Made by a program: the position numbers and the translations under genes. A stretch of DNA of 64,000 bases from positions 64,001-128,000 of the forward strand of contig CAVRBU010000003.1 of NCBI GenBank assembly GCA_963719315.1. Reading direction: 5' to 3'. This document shows positions 10,216 to 20,032 of this stretch, piece after piece. This DNA is from an uncultured Planctomycetota bacterium. GTDB lineage: Bacteria; Planctomycetota; Planctomycetia; Pirellulales; Lacipirellulaceae. Position 1 is the stretch's first letter. Each line of letters starts with the position of its first letter. The notes under the pieces were generated by a model. It was not told the origin of the DNA. It worked only from the letters and a program-made list of their open reading frames with translations, and made no database searches.

Positions 10216-10770
10216 TTAATCGAACAATTCGTTGACGGCAAACTTCCAGACCGGCACGGCTGGCTCGGCTTCGGCGGTTTCGCCGCGACGATAAATGGTG
10301 GGTTGCTCAGGCGAATCGGCGCGATAGACCCGCATGACGTCTTCGCTAAGTAAATCGACATCCCAAACTACTTTTGTACCGGCGGCAAAGTAATCCGCGC
10401 GCTTCTCCGCCATCTCTCGTTCGGCGGCCGGGCCGTAGTCGCCTTCGCTGCGAACTTCGACGGCGAAGTCAGGAGCCACAGGCAAAAACTTCATCTTCTC
10501 CCGCGGGCCAGTGTAGTACGACGCATCGGGTGAAAAAGATTTTCGATTCGGAAGATTTACCAAGAAAGCTGTATTGGCTGTATACGCTCTTCCCGCGTGT
10601 TTCTTCACGTACGTTCGCAAGCTCGCGCAGATTGCGCCGCCAGCGCTACTTGGCAAATCCCCCGTCGGACTCATCGTGACGATTCGCCCCCCGACGGTTT
10701 CCGCTTTGCCCGGAATCGTGTACAACTCAGCGATCAATCGCTCGGTCGATGTATCAACTGCGGTGCTCAT
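10216..10770 (-). CDS. Uma2 family (DUF820) endonuclease
   Basis: SPDASY, APDFAVEVRS, KRADYFAAGTKVVWDVD; start 10770 or 10794. Confidence 0.85.
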   Translation of the reverse strand: MSTAVDTSTERLIAELYTIPGKAETVGGRIVTMSPTGDLPSSAGGAICASLRTYVKKHAGRAYTANTAFLVNLPNRKSFSPDASYYTGPREKMKFLPVAPDFAVEVRSEGDYGPAAEREMAEKRADYFAAGTKVVWDVDLLSEDVMRVYRADSPEQPTIYRRGETAEAEPAVPVWKFAVNELFD

Positions 10771-10797
10771 TTGAGCCGGCCTTTCCTGCGCCACAGA

Positions 10798-10823
10798 GCG
10801 GCATGCGGAGCATGCCCGCTACG
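10798..10823 (-). repeat. GTAG-type REP-like palindrome directly downstream of sufB
   Basis: minus strand GTAG-CGGGCATGC-TCC-GCATGCCGC. Confidence 0.6.
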
Positions 10824-10824
10824 A

Positions 10825-12240
10825 TTAACCCACGCTGCCTTCCATTTGCAGCTCGATGAGGCGGTTCATTTCGACGGCGTATTCCATTGGCAGTTCTTTC
10901 ACCAGCGGCTCGATGAAACCGCTCACGATCATCGAGCTCGCTTCCGGCTCGGTCAGGCCGCGGCTTTGGAGGTAGAAAAGCTGCTCTTCGCCAATGCGTG
11001 AAACGCTTGCCTCGTGTTCGACCTGCACGTCTTGCTCTTCGACTTCAATGTAGGGGTAGGTATCGCTGCGGCTGGCCGGGTCGAGAATCAGGGCGTCGCA
11101 CACGACGTTGCTCTTGGAGCCCACCGCGCCATCTTGAATTTTGCACAAACCGCGGTAACTCGCGCGGCCGCCGTTCTTGCTGATGCTCTTGGAAATGATG
11201 CGGCTCTTGGTGTGCGGGGCACAGTGGACGACCTTCGCGCCGGCATCCTGGTGCTGGCCCTTCGAGGCGAACGCGATCGACAGGATCTCGCCGCGGGCGC
11301 CAGGCTCCATCATGTAGACGGCCGGGTACTTCATCGTCAGTCGGCTGCCGAGGTTGCCGTCGATCCATTCCATGAGCGAATCGCCGTACGCGACGGCCCG
11401 CTTCGTGACCAAATTGTAGATGTTGTTGGCCCAGTTCTGGATCGTGGTGTATCGGCAGCGTGCGCCGCGGCGGACAACGATCTCGACCACCGCCGAATGG
11501 AGGCTCTCGCTGGTATACATCGGGGCTGTGCAGCCTTCGACGTAATGCACTTCGGCCCCCTCATCGACGATGATCAGCGTTCGTTCGAACTGGCCCATCC
11601 GCTCGGCGTTGATGCGGAAATATGCCTGCAGCGGGAACTCGATCTTCACGCCCTTGGGCACGTAAATGAACGAGCCGCCCGACCACACTGCCGAGTTGAG
11701 GGCCGCGAATTTGTTGTCCTCCGGCGGAATGATCGAGCCGAGGTATTCGCGCACTAGATCGGGGTGCTCCCGGAGCGCCGAGTCCGTATCGGTGAAAATG
11801 ACGCCCTTTTTGCCCAAATCTTCCTGCAGCGAGCCGTAAACGACTTCGCTCTCGAACTGGGCTTTGACGCCGGCCAGATATTTCTTCTCCGCCTCTGGAA
11901 TGCCCAGCTTGTCGAACGTTTCCTTGATCTCCGCCGGCACATCGTCCCAGGTCTTGCCTTGGTGATCGGTCGGTTTGAGATAGTAGTAGATATCCTGGAA
12001 ATCGATGCCGATATCGCCGCCCCAGCGGGGCATGGGCTTCGACTCGAAGATCTTCAGCGATCGCAGCCGGAAATCGCGCATCCACGCCGGTTCCTGCTTC
12101 ATCTCCGAGATGGCGGAGACGATTTGTGGATTCAGACCGCGCTCGGCCTTGAAGACCGCATGCGACGGCGTGATGAAATCATATTTGTTGATTTCGCCTA
12201 GTCCGGCTTCGTCCGGAGCAGACATCAAATCAGTGGCCAT
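10825..12240 (-). CDS. sufB: Fe-S cluster assembly protein SufB
   Basis: [33 protein letters not shown]. Confidence 0.97.
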   Translation of the reverse strand: MATDLMSAPDEAGLGEINKYDFITPSHAVFKAERGLNPQIVSAISEMKQEPAWMRDFRLRSLKIFESKPMPRWGGDIGIDFQDIYYYLKPTDHQGKTWDDVPAEIKETFDKLGIPEAEKKYLAGVKAQFESEVVYGSLQEDLGKKGVIFTDTDSALREHPDLVREYLGSIIPPEDNKFAALNSAVWSGGSFIYVPKGVKIEFPLQAYFRINAERMGQFERTLIIVDEGAEVHYVEGCTAPMYTSESLHSAVVEIVVRRGARCRYTTIQNWANNIYNLVTKRAVAYGDSLMEWIDGNLGSRLTMKYPAVYMMEPGARGEILSIAFASKGQHQDAGAKVVHCAPHTKSRIISKSISKNGGRASYRGLCKIQDGAVGSKSNVVCDALILDPASRSDTYPYIEVEEQDVQVEHEASVSRIGEEQLFYLQSRGLTEPEASSMIVSGFIEPLVKELPMEYAVEMNRLIELQMEGSVG

Positions 12241-12265
12241 GGTTCTATCCTAACTCTCGAATATC

Positions 12266-12359
12266 CACCACTAAGACACAAAGAACGCGTAGTTCCATTG
12301 CTAGACCCTACTGCATTCTTACTTCAAAGCAATCTGGCGCCCTTCGCATCTTCGTGGTG
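12266..12359. repeat. Degenerate inverted pair of 9-mer-periodic arrays between sufC and sufB
   Basis: CACCACTAAGACACAAAGAACGCGTAG ... CTGGCGCCCTTCGCATCTTCGTGGTG. Confidence 0.6.
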
Positions 12360-12394
12360 CAATCGATTGAATTCGTTGCTCGTTCAAATCTCAC

Positions 12395-13234
12395 CTAAGC
12401 AATACTCGCGGCTAGCTTTTTTTCCGCCTTCTCGGCGGCCGACATTTCTCTTTCTTTGGCGGCGTCTTCCGGATGTCGCAAGCGGACTTTGTCGTAACCT
12501 TCGGTATACAACTCGCGGGCCAGTTCCACGCCCCCCGTCTCAACGATTCGGCCGCCCAGCATCACGTGGGTGAAGTCTGGCACGTTGTGCTCCAACAGGC
12601 GATCGTGATGCGTGATGATCAGGATTCCCATCTCCGCGCCGCCGATCTCGGCGATGCTCTGGCTGGCCAGCTTCACCGCATCCACGTCGAGTCCACTATC
12701 GGTTTCGTCGAGGATTGCGAACTTCGGCCGCAGCATGGCAAGTTGCAAAATCTCAGCCCGCTTCATCTCGCCACCGGAGAAGCCGTCGTTCACATATCGG
12801 CGGGCGAACTCCTCGTCCATCCGCAGTTGGCTCATCTTATTCTTGAGCTCCTTGCGAAATTCGCGCATCGGAATAAGCTGCTCGCCTTCCTTGCGGTCTG
12901 GATTGCGGACGTTTGTCGTCGCGTGCCGCAGGAAGTCGGCCATCTTCACGCCGGGAATCGCCATCGGCCGCTGAAACGCCATGAAAATGCCGGCCCGGGC
13001 CCGCTCGGTGGCGTCCCAATCGGAAATGTCCTGGCCGTTCAGCTCGATCGTGCCCTCGGTGACCTCATAGTTCGGGTGGCCCATGATCACGCCCGCCAGC
13101 GTACTCTTGCCGGAGCCGTTCGGGCCCATCAGCGCGTGCGTTTCGCCGCGGTTAATGGTCAGGTTCACGCCACTGAGAATCTGCTTGCCGCCGACGGCGA
13201 CGTGCAGGTTCGTAATCTTTAAAGTCTCGGTCAT
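12395..13234 (-). CDS. sufC: Fe-S cluster assembly ATPase SufC
   Basis: GPNGSGKST, VNDGFSGGE, ILDETDSGLD. Confidence 0.96.
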   Translation of the reverse strand: MTETLKITNLHVAVGGKQILSGVNLTINRGETHALMGPNGSGKSTLAGVIMGHPNYEVTEGTIELNGQDISDWDATERARAGIFMAFQRPMAIPGVKMADFLRHATTNVRNPDRKEGEQLIPMREFRKELKNKMSQLRMDEEFARRYVNDGFSGGEMKRAEILQLAMLRPKFAILDETDSGLDVDAVKLASQSIAEIGGAEMGILIITHHDRLLEHNVPDFTHVMLGGRIVETGGVELARELYTEGYDKVRLRHPEDAAKEREMSAAEKAEKKLAASIA

Positions 13235-13271
13235 TCTAAGTTTTCAGTTTTCAGTCGTCAGTTATCGGTTC
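13235..13271. repeat. 7-mer tandem array (TTTTCAG-type) directly upstream of the sufC start
   Basis: TCTAAG TTTTCAG TTTTCAG TCGTCAG TTATCGG. Confidence 0.7.
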
Positions 13272-13301
13272 TTGAGATTCGTCTCAACTTGTCCACCGGC
13301 C

Positions 13302-13327
13302 GCGATGCTCCGCATCGCTGGAACTAC
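13302..13327 (-). repeat. GTAG-type REP-like palindrome whose GTAG contains the nuoB stop codon
   Basis: minus strand GTAG-TTCCA-GCGATGC-GGA-GCATCGC. Confidence 0.5.
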
Positions 13328-13938
13328 GCCGTAATCTTTTGGTGATCGAACAACGGGTCGTTGTCGGCCGGCGCCGCGACGTACCCGCTGTGGTGCGGCA
13401 CGGGCAGTTCATCATCGACCTTCACGCCGATTGACGCCCCGTGTTGCCGCGCGATCTTGTGCCCTTTGATCTTGTCCTGAATCCGCATTAACCCTTCCAG
13501 CAGCGACTCCGGTCGCGGTGGGCAACCCGGCACGTACACATCGACCGGCACTACCAAATCAACACCCTTCACCACGTGGTAGCCATACTTGAAATACGGT
13601 CCGCCGCCGACCGTGCAGGCGCCCATCGCGATCACGAATTTCGGATCCGGCATCATGTTGTAAAGTCGTCGCACGCGGCTGGCCATTTTGTACGTCACCG
13701 TGCCGGCGACGATCATCAGGTCAGCCTGCCGGGGGGTCGCCCGAAACGCGCCCGCCCCGAAGCGGTCCATGTCGAAACGACTCGCCCCGGCGGCCATCAT
13801 TTCGATTGCGCAGCAAGCCAAGCCAAACGTCAGCGGCCACACGCTGGACTGCCGCGCCCAGTTAATGGCTTGTTCGACCGTCGTCGTGATGACGTTTTCC
13901 TCAAACCGTCCTTCGATCCATGGCTGGTTTTGATTCAT
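13324..13938 (-). CDS. nuoB: NADH-quinone oxidoreductase subunit B family protein
   Basis: [46 protein letters not shown]. Confidence 0.92.
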   Translation of the reverse strand: MNQNQPWIEGRFEENVITTTVEQAINWARQSSVWPLTFGLACCAIEMMAAGASRFDMDRFGAGAFRATPRQADLMIVAGTVTYKMASRVRRLYNMMPDPKFVIAMGACTVGGGPYFKYGYHVVKGVDLVVPVDVYVPGCPPRPESLLEGLMRIQDKIKGHKIARQHGASIGVKVDDELPVPHHSGYVAAPADNDPLFDHQKITA

Positions 13939-14016
13939 CTTTTTATCTGATCTAGTTATTACGTAGCTGAATTCGCAAGAATTCAATCAACCACAGTTAC
14001 AAAGCACAATCATCGC

Positions 14017-14640
14017 TTATGACGCGCTCGGTGTGAAGGTGCAGCAGGTCGCGCCGTCCAATCGGCATTGTGTAAGCCGCACGTTTTCACCCAGGATTTC
14101 CGAGAGCATCAACTTTTCCATCGTGCACACGCCGCGATCCGCTTTGGCCAATTCTGGATAGGGGCAGGCAAGTGCCGAGAGAACCGGAAGAGACTTCGTA
14201 TCATCGACGGTGAATGGTATTTGCCGTTCACTCATGACGCCCGCGAGGGCCTGCATCCGTTCTCTCAGTGTGTTGCCCGAAACGTCGTTGCGGTAACGTT
14301 CCACAAAACGATCGGCAATGCGTTTCAACAACCCGCGGCGAATGGCCGGATCTTCGACCGATTTGATCTCGTCCCACAACACGGTGGCCAAATCCGCAAA
14401 GTTGTTTCCGGCCGATTGCTCACCCTTTTCAGTCAGCGAATAACGGTGATTGGGCCGCCCGCGACCGATACGCTCCGCCTGTCGCTCGATCAGACCCTCG
14501 TCGGTTAGTCTATGAAGTCGCTGGCGAATCGCCGTCGCGGTGACGCCCATTTCTGCGACCAACGCGGAAATCGTGGCTGCGCCGTGGCGTCGGATGAAAT
14601 CCAGCATCTGCTTGTCAGCGGTTTCAGTTTGCGCACTCAT
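14017..14640 (-). CDS. sufR: SufR-like winged-helix Fe-S regulator
   Basis: HTH (GVTATAIRQRLHRL...GRGRP...YSLTEKG) plus CPY...C...C...CC; first gene of the suf operon. Confidence 0.75.
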   Translation of the reverse strand: MSAQTETADKQMLDFIRRHGAATISALVAEMGVTATAIRQRLHRLTDEGLIERQAERIGRGRPNHRYSLTEKGEQSAGNNFADLATVLWDEIKSVEDPAIRRGLLKRIADRFVERYRNDVSGNTLRERMQALAGVMSERQIPFTVDDTKSLPVLSALACPYPELAKADRGVCTMEKLMLSEILGENVRLTQCRLDGATCCTFTPSAS

Positions 14641-14695
14641 ATGCAACCTGTGTTCGGTACACTCGGCTCCTACCACAATCCTAGCGACCCAGGGG

Positions 14696-14740
14696 TTTTA
14701 GACAACCCTATATGCGAATAATATTTTTTTTACGCAACCC
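14696..14740. promoter_or_regulatory. Candidate SufR operator in an AT-rich promoter
   Basis: TTTTAGACAACCC (14696-14708) and TTTTACGCAACCC (14728-14740), 32 bp apart, upstream of sufR. Confidence 0.45.
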
Positions 14741-14790
14741 ATTTAATGACAACAGGTTAAGAACAATAACGATTCGCGAGCCGGGCAAAG

Positions 14791-15894
14791 TTAGACGGCG
14801 GAGACGGCCCGTAGTTCGTCGCTGGGGAAGCATTTGGCGACGACGGCTTGAAACTCGGCTGGTTGCGAGACCTTCACGACGCGACTTCGGAACTCGCGTG
14901 CCCCGGGCCGGCCTTGCGCGTAGCAGCACGCGTACTTGCGCATGAGCAGCGTTCCCTTGGTGTCGCCAAAGCGTTTACAGATGAGTTCGAAGTGATGCAG
15001 CAACAATTCGCGCTCCTCGGTAAGCGTCGGATCGGGCGGCACAGGATCCTCACGAAGGGCGGCTGCCGCTTGCCGGAAGAGCCACGGCTTGGCGAGCGAC
15101 GCCCGGGCGATCATCACACCATCGATGTCGTACCGTCGAAATGCATCGACGACCTTGCGGGCCGAGTCTAGATCGCCATTACCGATGAGCGGAATGTTTT
15201 TGAGATACGGCTTGATGGACGCGATGCGATCCCAGTCGGCGGAGCCGCGGAACATGTCGGCGGCTGTTCGGCCGTGAACGGTGAGCGCCGCGGCGCCGGC
15301 GCCTTCGACGACTTGGGCGATATCGATCGCGTTGATCGTATCGCGTGAGCAGCCGAGCCGGATTTTCGCCGTTACGGGCGTCGGTGCACAGGCTTTCACG
15401 ACACGCTCGATGATTTGCCCCATTCGGTCCGGTTCCCGGAGCAGATAGGAACCGCTGTGGGCCTTTTGGACGACATCGCGCACCGGGCAGCCGAAGTTGA
15501 TATCAACGACGCTAACGCGATACTCCTGCGCGAGTCGCACCCCGACTTTGGCGAGCGTTTCGGGATCGTTGTCCCACATTTGCACGGCCAGCGGCCGCGG
15601 TTCGTCGGCGACTCCCCACAAGCGATCGGGGTGCTCGGCCTCGTTTTCGGCCATCCACACGAAGCCTTTGGCGTTGACCATCTCGGTGGCGAGCAGACCC
15701 GCGCCGCCGAACTCGCGTACGATTTGGCGGAAGGCGTAATTCGTGTAGCCCGCCATTGGGGCCTGCAAAATAGGCGGATCGATGAGGATCGGGCCAATCC
15801 ACAGCGGCCGGACTCGCGGCGCCGGTAGCGTGTCTTCGATCGCAACGAGTGGCTGGGGGGCGCGGAGAAATCGAGTTGCGGTAAGCGGGCCCAT
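14791..15894 (-). CDS. dusB: tRNA-dihydrouridine synthase
   Basis: APMAGYT, DINFGCP, TAKIRLG, LTVHGRT, IGNGD; start chosen at MGPL. Confidence 0.9.
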   Translation of the reverse strand: MGPLTATRFLRAPQPLVAIEDTLPAPRVRPLWIGPILIDPPILQAPMAGYTNYAFRQIVREFGGAGLLATEMVNAKGFVWMAENEAEHPDRLWGVADEPRPLAVQMWDNDPETLAKVGVRLAQEYRVSVVDINFGCPVRDVVQKAHSGSYLLREPDRMGQIIERVVKACAPTPVTAKIRLGCSRDTINAIDIAQVVEGAGAAALTVHGRTAADMFRGSADWDRIASIKPYLKNIPLIGNGDLDSARKVVDAFRRYDIDGVMIARASLAKPWLFRQAAAALREDPVPPDPTLTEERELLLHHFELICKRFGDTKGTLLMRKYACCYAQGRPGAREFRSRVVKVSQPAEFQAVVAKCFPSDELRAVSAV

Positions 15895-15985
15895 GCGTCT
15901 CATTATGCGGAAGTTTCGGGCCGCGCCAAACTCCGGGCCAGGAAGCCACAGCGACTCACTGCGGCGAGATGCCCGGGGAAAGCGG

Positions 15986-17316
15986 TCAGTGCGACGGCAC
16001 CAAAAGGGACCGCTCCCGGCGTGGGGCCGATTGTTTGGCCGATGTCGGCTGAGTACCGGACGCCGGTCGCACTTCATCATCGCGTTTGGCCGTATTGGTA
16101 ATAGCGGTCACCGCTGGCGGCGAGCCTTTAGCAAACGTCGACGGCGGGGATGAATCACCGCTCGATTGTCGATTGGGCGGCGGAGCCGGTGTAGCCGATT
16201 TTGTAGCTGTCGCTGTTGCGGTGGACCTGATCAGCATGCCGGTCAACCGTTCGGGGCTGACCTGGCCGGGCGACGCCAGCTCCGAGTAGCGGGCGATGCG
16301 GCGATTGTAGTCGCGGGCGATTTGAACGAACGCCCGCCGCCTCAGCGCCAATAGTTGCAGCGCTCGCAGGCTGTCGACTTCACTGCGAGTCGCGGCCACC
16401 GTGTCCAGATCTTGTTCCGAGCGCGAAACTGCCGTGGAGGCGTCTCTTAATTCGGTGTACCGCAACGGCAACAAAACGGCGAGCTCCTTGGCCTCGGCCG
16501 GACCGCCGCGACCGAAAATCTGATCGAAGTGCGTGTTGTAACTGGCACAATGGGGCGTATCGGCCGGCAGCGGCAAGTAGCTTGCGCCCCGACCCATGAA
16601 GCTGGCGACTCGCATTTGCGACGCCAGCGCCGCGCGCTGCGACGTGCCGCTTCGCACGCTCATCTCTTTTTCGGCCTGTTCCCAGGCCGGACCGACGCGC
16701 TGCACATACGTCCGCAGCTTTCGCATTTCTTCTTGCTCGTGCAAGCCGAGGTAGTAGTCGGCAATGCTGGAACACATGTCCCAGTAGGCGTCGACGCGCT
16801 GCGTTTGCTCGGCGCGGGTTCGCGCGCCGGCGATGACGTCGACCAGGGCAACCGGCTGGCCTCGAAGTTGCGAACCGCTGGGCGGATTGAGCATGGCCCG
16901 CATGAGACCAGACGGCGTAAGGGTTCCACCGGAAGGAGCCTGGTTGTTGGCCGGAACGTCGTATACGGCCGGCGTGGAGCGGGACGAGTTCGCGCCGTTA
17001 ATGGGCTGTGGAACCGCACCGATTATTGGCAACTGATTAGGAGCAGGCGGGCTTTTGGGCGTCGAATTGCGAAATAGGTCGGATTCGCCAACTGCGGCTG
17101 GAACCGATCCGGCTTTCGTTTTGGCTGAAGTGGGCGGCCTCCCAACGGCGCGAGTCGGCTGTCCGATACGCTTCCCGCTGCGTTGTTGGTTGATTCACCG
17201 ATCGGGGTTATTGCTTCTGAAGCGGCTTGCCCGGCCGGCGCGGGCGGATAACGGTTGTCGGCGGCTGTCAATTGGCCAGCAAGGACTATGCCGAGTACAA
17301 GCGCGCAAGCAAACAT
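15986..17316 (-). CDS. Secreted hypothetical protein with helical core and Pro/Ser/Thr-rich ends; frameshift near 17140
   Basis: Signal peptide MFACALVLGIVLAGQLTAA in one frame; body 15986-17032 continues upstream in another frame. Confidence 0.55.
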
Positions 17317-17481
17317 GAACCGACCTCCGTGCGAGAAAGATTCCAAATCGAACCGACTATCGTTCAACTGCCGCTCCTCGATGGTTGTGCGGGCGTATGA
17401 GGCGCTATCAACGATGACGCTGGTTGTGATGGCAACTGCCTGGCGGCAGCCGTTAATAGGTCATGTAAAATCCATGCCAAT

Positions 17482-18591
17482 TCAGTCCAATTCTTCGAGC
17501 CACACGCGGAGTTCGTTTTCGTATTCGCTGGCCAAGTCGCCGCGGACTAATGTGCGTTGGAACTCGGCGAGGCCTTCGCTACCGGTGTCGGCTTGTTCGG
17601 CAGTGGCAAACCGCAGCATTGGGTCGGGAGCGGTTAGCCGGCGGCAGATCGTCATCAGCAGTTCGCTGTGGCGAACCTCGGGCGGCAACACTTTGTGCAG
17701 CCATTGCGGCAGCGTGCGTTTCTTTTCCAAGAGCGCGTCGTAGTCGCGGATGCCCGCAAACAGGGGCCGGCCGGCGAGTAGCTCGACGAGCACGTAACCG
17801 ACGCTGGCCAAGTCGGATCGCGGCGTTACCTCTTCGCGATCGAGCATTTCGGGCGCAGCATACTGCGGCGTACACGTTTTCTGCTGCGGCATGTTGTTCA
17901 GATCGAAGGCCGAGCCGATATCGATGATCTTCGCGTTCCCGGTCCGCTTGATCATGATGTTCGACGGCTTGATATCGCCGTGGACAATCTCCTCGCGATG
18001 TAGCGCGGCCAGCCCGGCCAGGCATTCACGGATGATGGCGGCCGCCATTCCCGGCTTCATCCGGATATGAGTGGGTCCGGCCGTGGCGATGACGTTATTG
18101 ATGTAATCCCAGCGTTTATTCGCGACGCGCACCTTTGCCCGTTCGAGCATCTGTGGCGCGAGCAGCGAATCGAGATCGTACCCATCGACCCATTCCATTT
18201 CCAACACGCGGATCCGGCGGCGCTCGATGAAGTTCTGCACATCGAGCAGGTTATCGTGCTGAATGAGGGCTACGCGGGAACTGACCTGAGCCATCCGCTC
18301 CATTGCTTCGCGGTAGCTGCGCTCGTCTTCGAATCGCTCGGGCGAGAAGAATTTGAGTGCGACAGGCAGCGTGAAGTTATCGGCGCCGCGCCGTTCGCTG
18401 AGATACACCACGCCTTGACCGCCTTTACCGAGCAGTCGCCGCAAGCGTAAGTGTTCGGTCCAACCCAACTTGGGCTGTTGGGTTAATTTTAGATAATGGT
18501 GAAATAATTCATGGACCCGGTTTTCGGGTCGGCTGCCGCCGCCGGGCATCACTGTTTGCGTCCCGTGCAACAGTGTCGTTGTCATGCTCAT
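17482..18591 (-). CDS. Hanks-type Ser/Thr protein kinase
   Basis: LGKGGQGVVY, VALK, HGDIKPSN, DIG, YAAPE. Confidence 0.9.
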   Translation of the reverse strand: MSMTTTLLHGTQTVMPGGGSRPENRVHELFHHYLKLTQQPKLGWTEHLRLRRLLGKGGQGVVYLSERRGADNFTLPVALKFFSPERFEDERSYREAMERMAQVSSRVALIQHDNLLDVQNFIERRRIRVLEMEWVDGYDLDSLLAPQMLERAKVRVANKRWDYINNVIATAGPTHIRMKPGMAAAIIRECLAGLAALHREEIVHGDIKPSNIMIKRTGNAKIIDIGSAFDLNNMPQQKTCTPQYAAPEMLDREEVTPRSDLASVGYVLVELLAGRPLFAGIRDYDALLEKKRTLPQWLHKVLPPEVRHSELLMTICRRLTAPDPMLRFATAEQADTGSEGLAEFQRTLVRGDLASEYENELRVWLEELD

Positions 18592-18836
18592 GTTGTGCCT
18601 CAAGTTGTGGTCGCGGAAACTCCATTCGCGCGAGTGGGCCAGCCTGCATTCTACTCAAGCTGACCATAAACCTTGATTTTACGTGCCAGCACGTCACTTA
18701 GTCCAGGCGAATGCAGAGCAAAGTTCCGGCAAAAACGCAACCTGTTTTCAGGTTGCTGCCGAAATAAACGGCGCTAATCGCCTCCATAGACAGCACCGTG
18801 GCGTCGTGAGATATCTCCCCGGCGATTTCTCGATCT

Positions 18837-19847
18837 CTATTGCGACGGCGAATCCGGCAGCGGAAATCCGAGTTGCTTATCGACAAAATTGACCAGCGGG
18901 CGGCCGGCGAAGTAGCGGCGGAGATTTTCGCAGAAAAAGTTGGTCATGTCGTCGATGCGTGTGGCGGACTGGCCGCCGACGTGGGGCGTGATGATTACGT
19001 TGGGGAGATCCCACAGGCGGCTGTCGCGCGGCAGTGGCTCGGGATCGACAACGTCGACGGCCGCTCCGCCGAGATGGCCGGATTCGAGCGCATCGATTAA
19101 ATCTTCGGTGATCACGAGCTGTCCGCGGGCGACGTTTACAACGATCGCGCCCCGCGGCAGAAGCGCAAGTCGGCGGGCGCCGATCATCCCGCGAGTGACC
19201 GGCGTCAATGGCGCGGCCAGGATGAGAATATCGATCCTAGGGAGCATTTCATCGACCGCGTCGGCAGGCAGCAGCTTTTCTACTTGGGGCGGCTTGTTCC
19301 CCACAAACCAGTCGGTGGCGAGGATCGTGGTGCGAAATGCGCTGAGCACTTCCGCCAAACGGCGGCCGTTGCGGCCGAGGCCGATGATGCCGATTCGTGT
19401 GCCATGCAAGTCGCGGGTCGGACGGCGGATGAGTTCGTGCTTCTGTTGGGCCCGGAAGTAGGTCGGCAGGCTGCGTAGCAGCCCGGCGAGGAGGGCCAGC
19501 GTGTGGTCGGCGACCTGATTTGCGAGAACGCCCGATGCGCTTGTGACCGTGATCTCGGACTCCACGACGGATGGCACGAGGCAATGGTCGAGCCCGGCGG
19601 CGGAGGATTGAATCCAGCGGAGGCGGCCTTGGCGCACCACCTCGTCCCAAGGCGTGGGAACCTTGGTGTGTCCACAAAAAATGTCGGCCGTGGGCAGCAG
19701 TTCCGCGATGCGTTCCTGGCCGGCGTCGATGACGTCGGCATGCGGGGCGGCGGCGGCGATTTGATCGACGTGCCGTGGCTCGACCGGGTAGCACAGAACG
19801 ATGCGCGGCCGACCGGTAGCGGCTGGCAACGGAGGCGGGATTGGCAT
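18837..19847 (-). CDS. D-2-hydroxyacid dehydrogenase
   Basis: GIIGLGRNG, VNVARG, DVVDPEPLP, ITPHVGG. Confidence 0.9.
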   Translation of the reverse strand: MPIPPPLPAATGRPRIVLCYPVEPRHVDQIAAAAPHADVIDAGQERIAELLPTADIFCGHTKVPTPWDEVVRQGRLRWIQSSAAGLDHCLVPSVVESEITVTSASGVLANQVADHTLALLAGLLRSLPTYFRAQQKHELIRRPTRDLHGTRIGIIGLGRNGRRLAEVLSAFRTTILATDWFVGNKPPQVEKLLPADAVDEMLPRIDILILAAPLTPVTRGMIGARRLALLPRGAIVVNVARGQLVITEDLIDALESGHLGGAAVDVVDPEPLPRDSRLWDLPNVIITPHVGGQSATRIDDMTNFFCENLRRYFAGRPLVNFVDKQLGFPLPDSPSQ

Positions 19848-19948
19848 AACATAGGTTGTTGCCTGATTGCGATGTTGTGACAAGCCCGAGAGCCGCCTCC
19901 TCGGTTGGCATTCCCTCGACTCGGCTCGGGCCTGCAAATTCGTAGTTG

Positions 19949-20011
19949 GTAGGGTGGGCATTGCCCACCATCGTCTTAACACGATTCGCTTGGTGGGCGG
20001 CGCCACCCTGC
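19949..20011. repeat. GTAG-type REP doublet (second copy degenerate)
   Basis: GTAGGGTGGGCATTGCCCACCA ... TGGTGGGCGGCGCCACCCTGC. Confidence 0.75.
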
Positions 20012-20032
20012 ATCCTGTAACGCGCATTCATC

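Noticed and set aside
13940..14015. A further repeat cassette between sufR and nuoB
   Set aside because: Periodicity is too weak to call.
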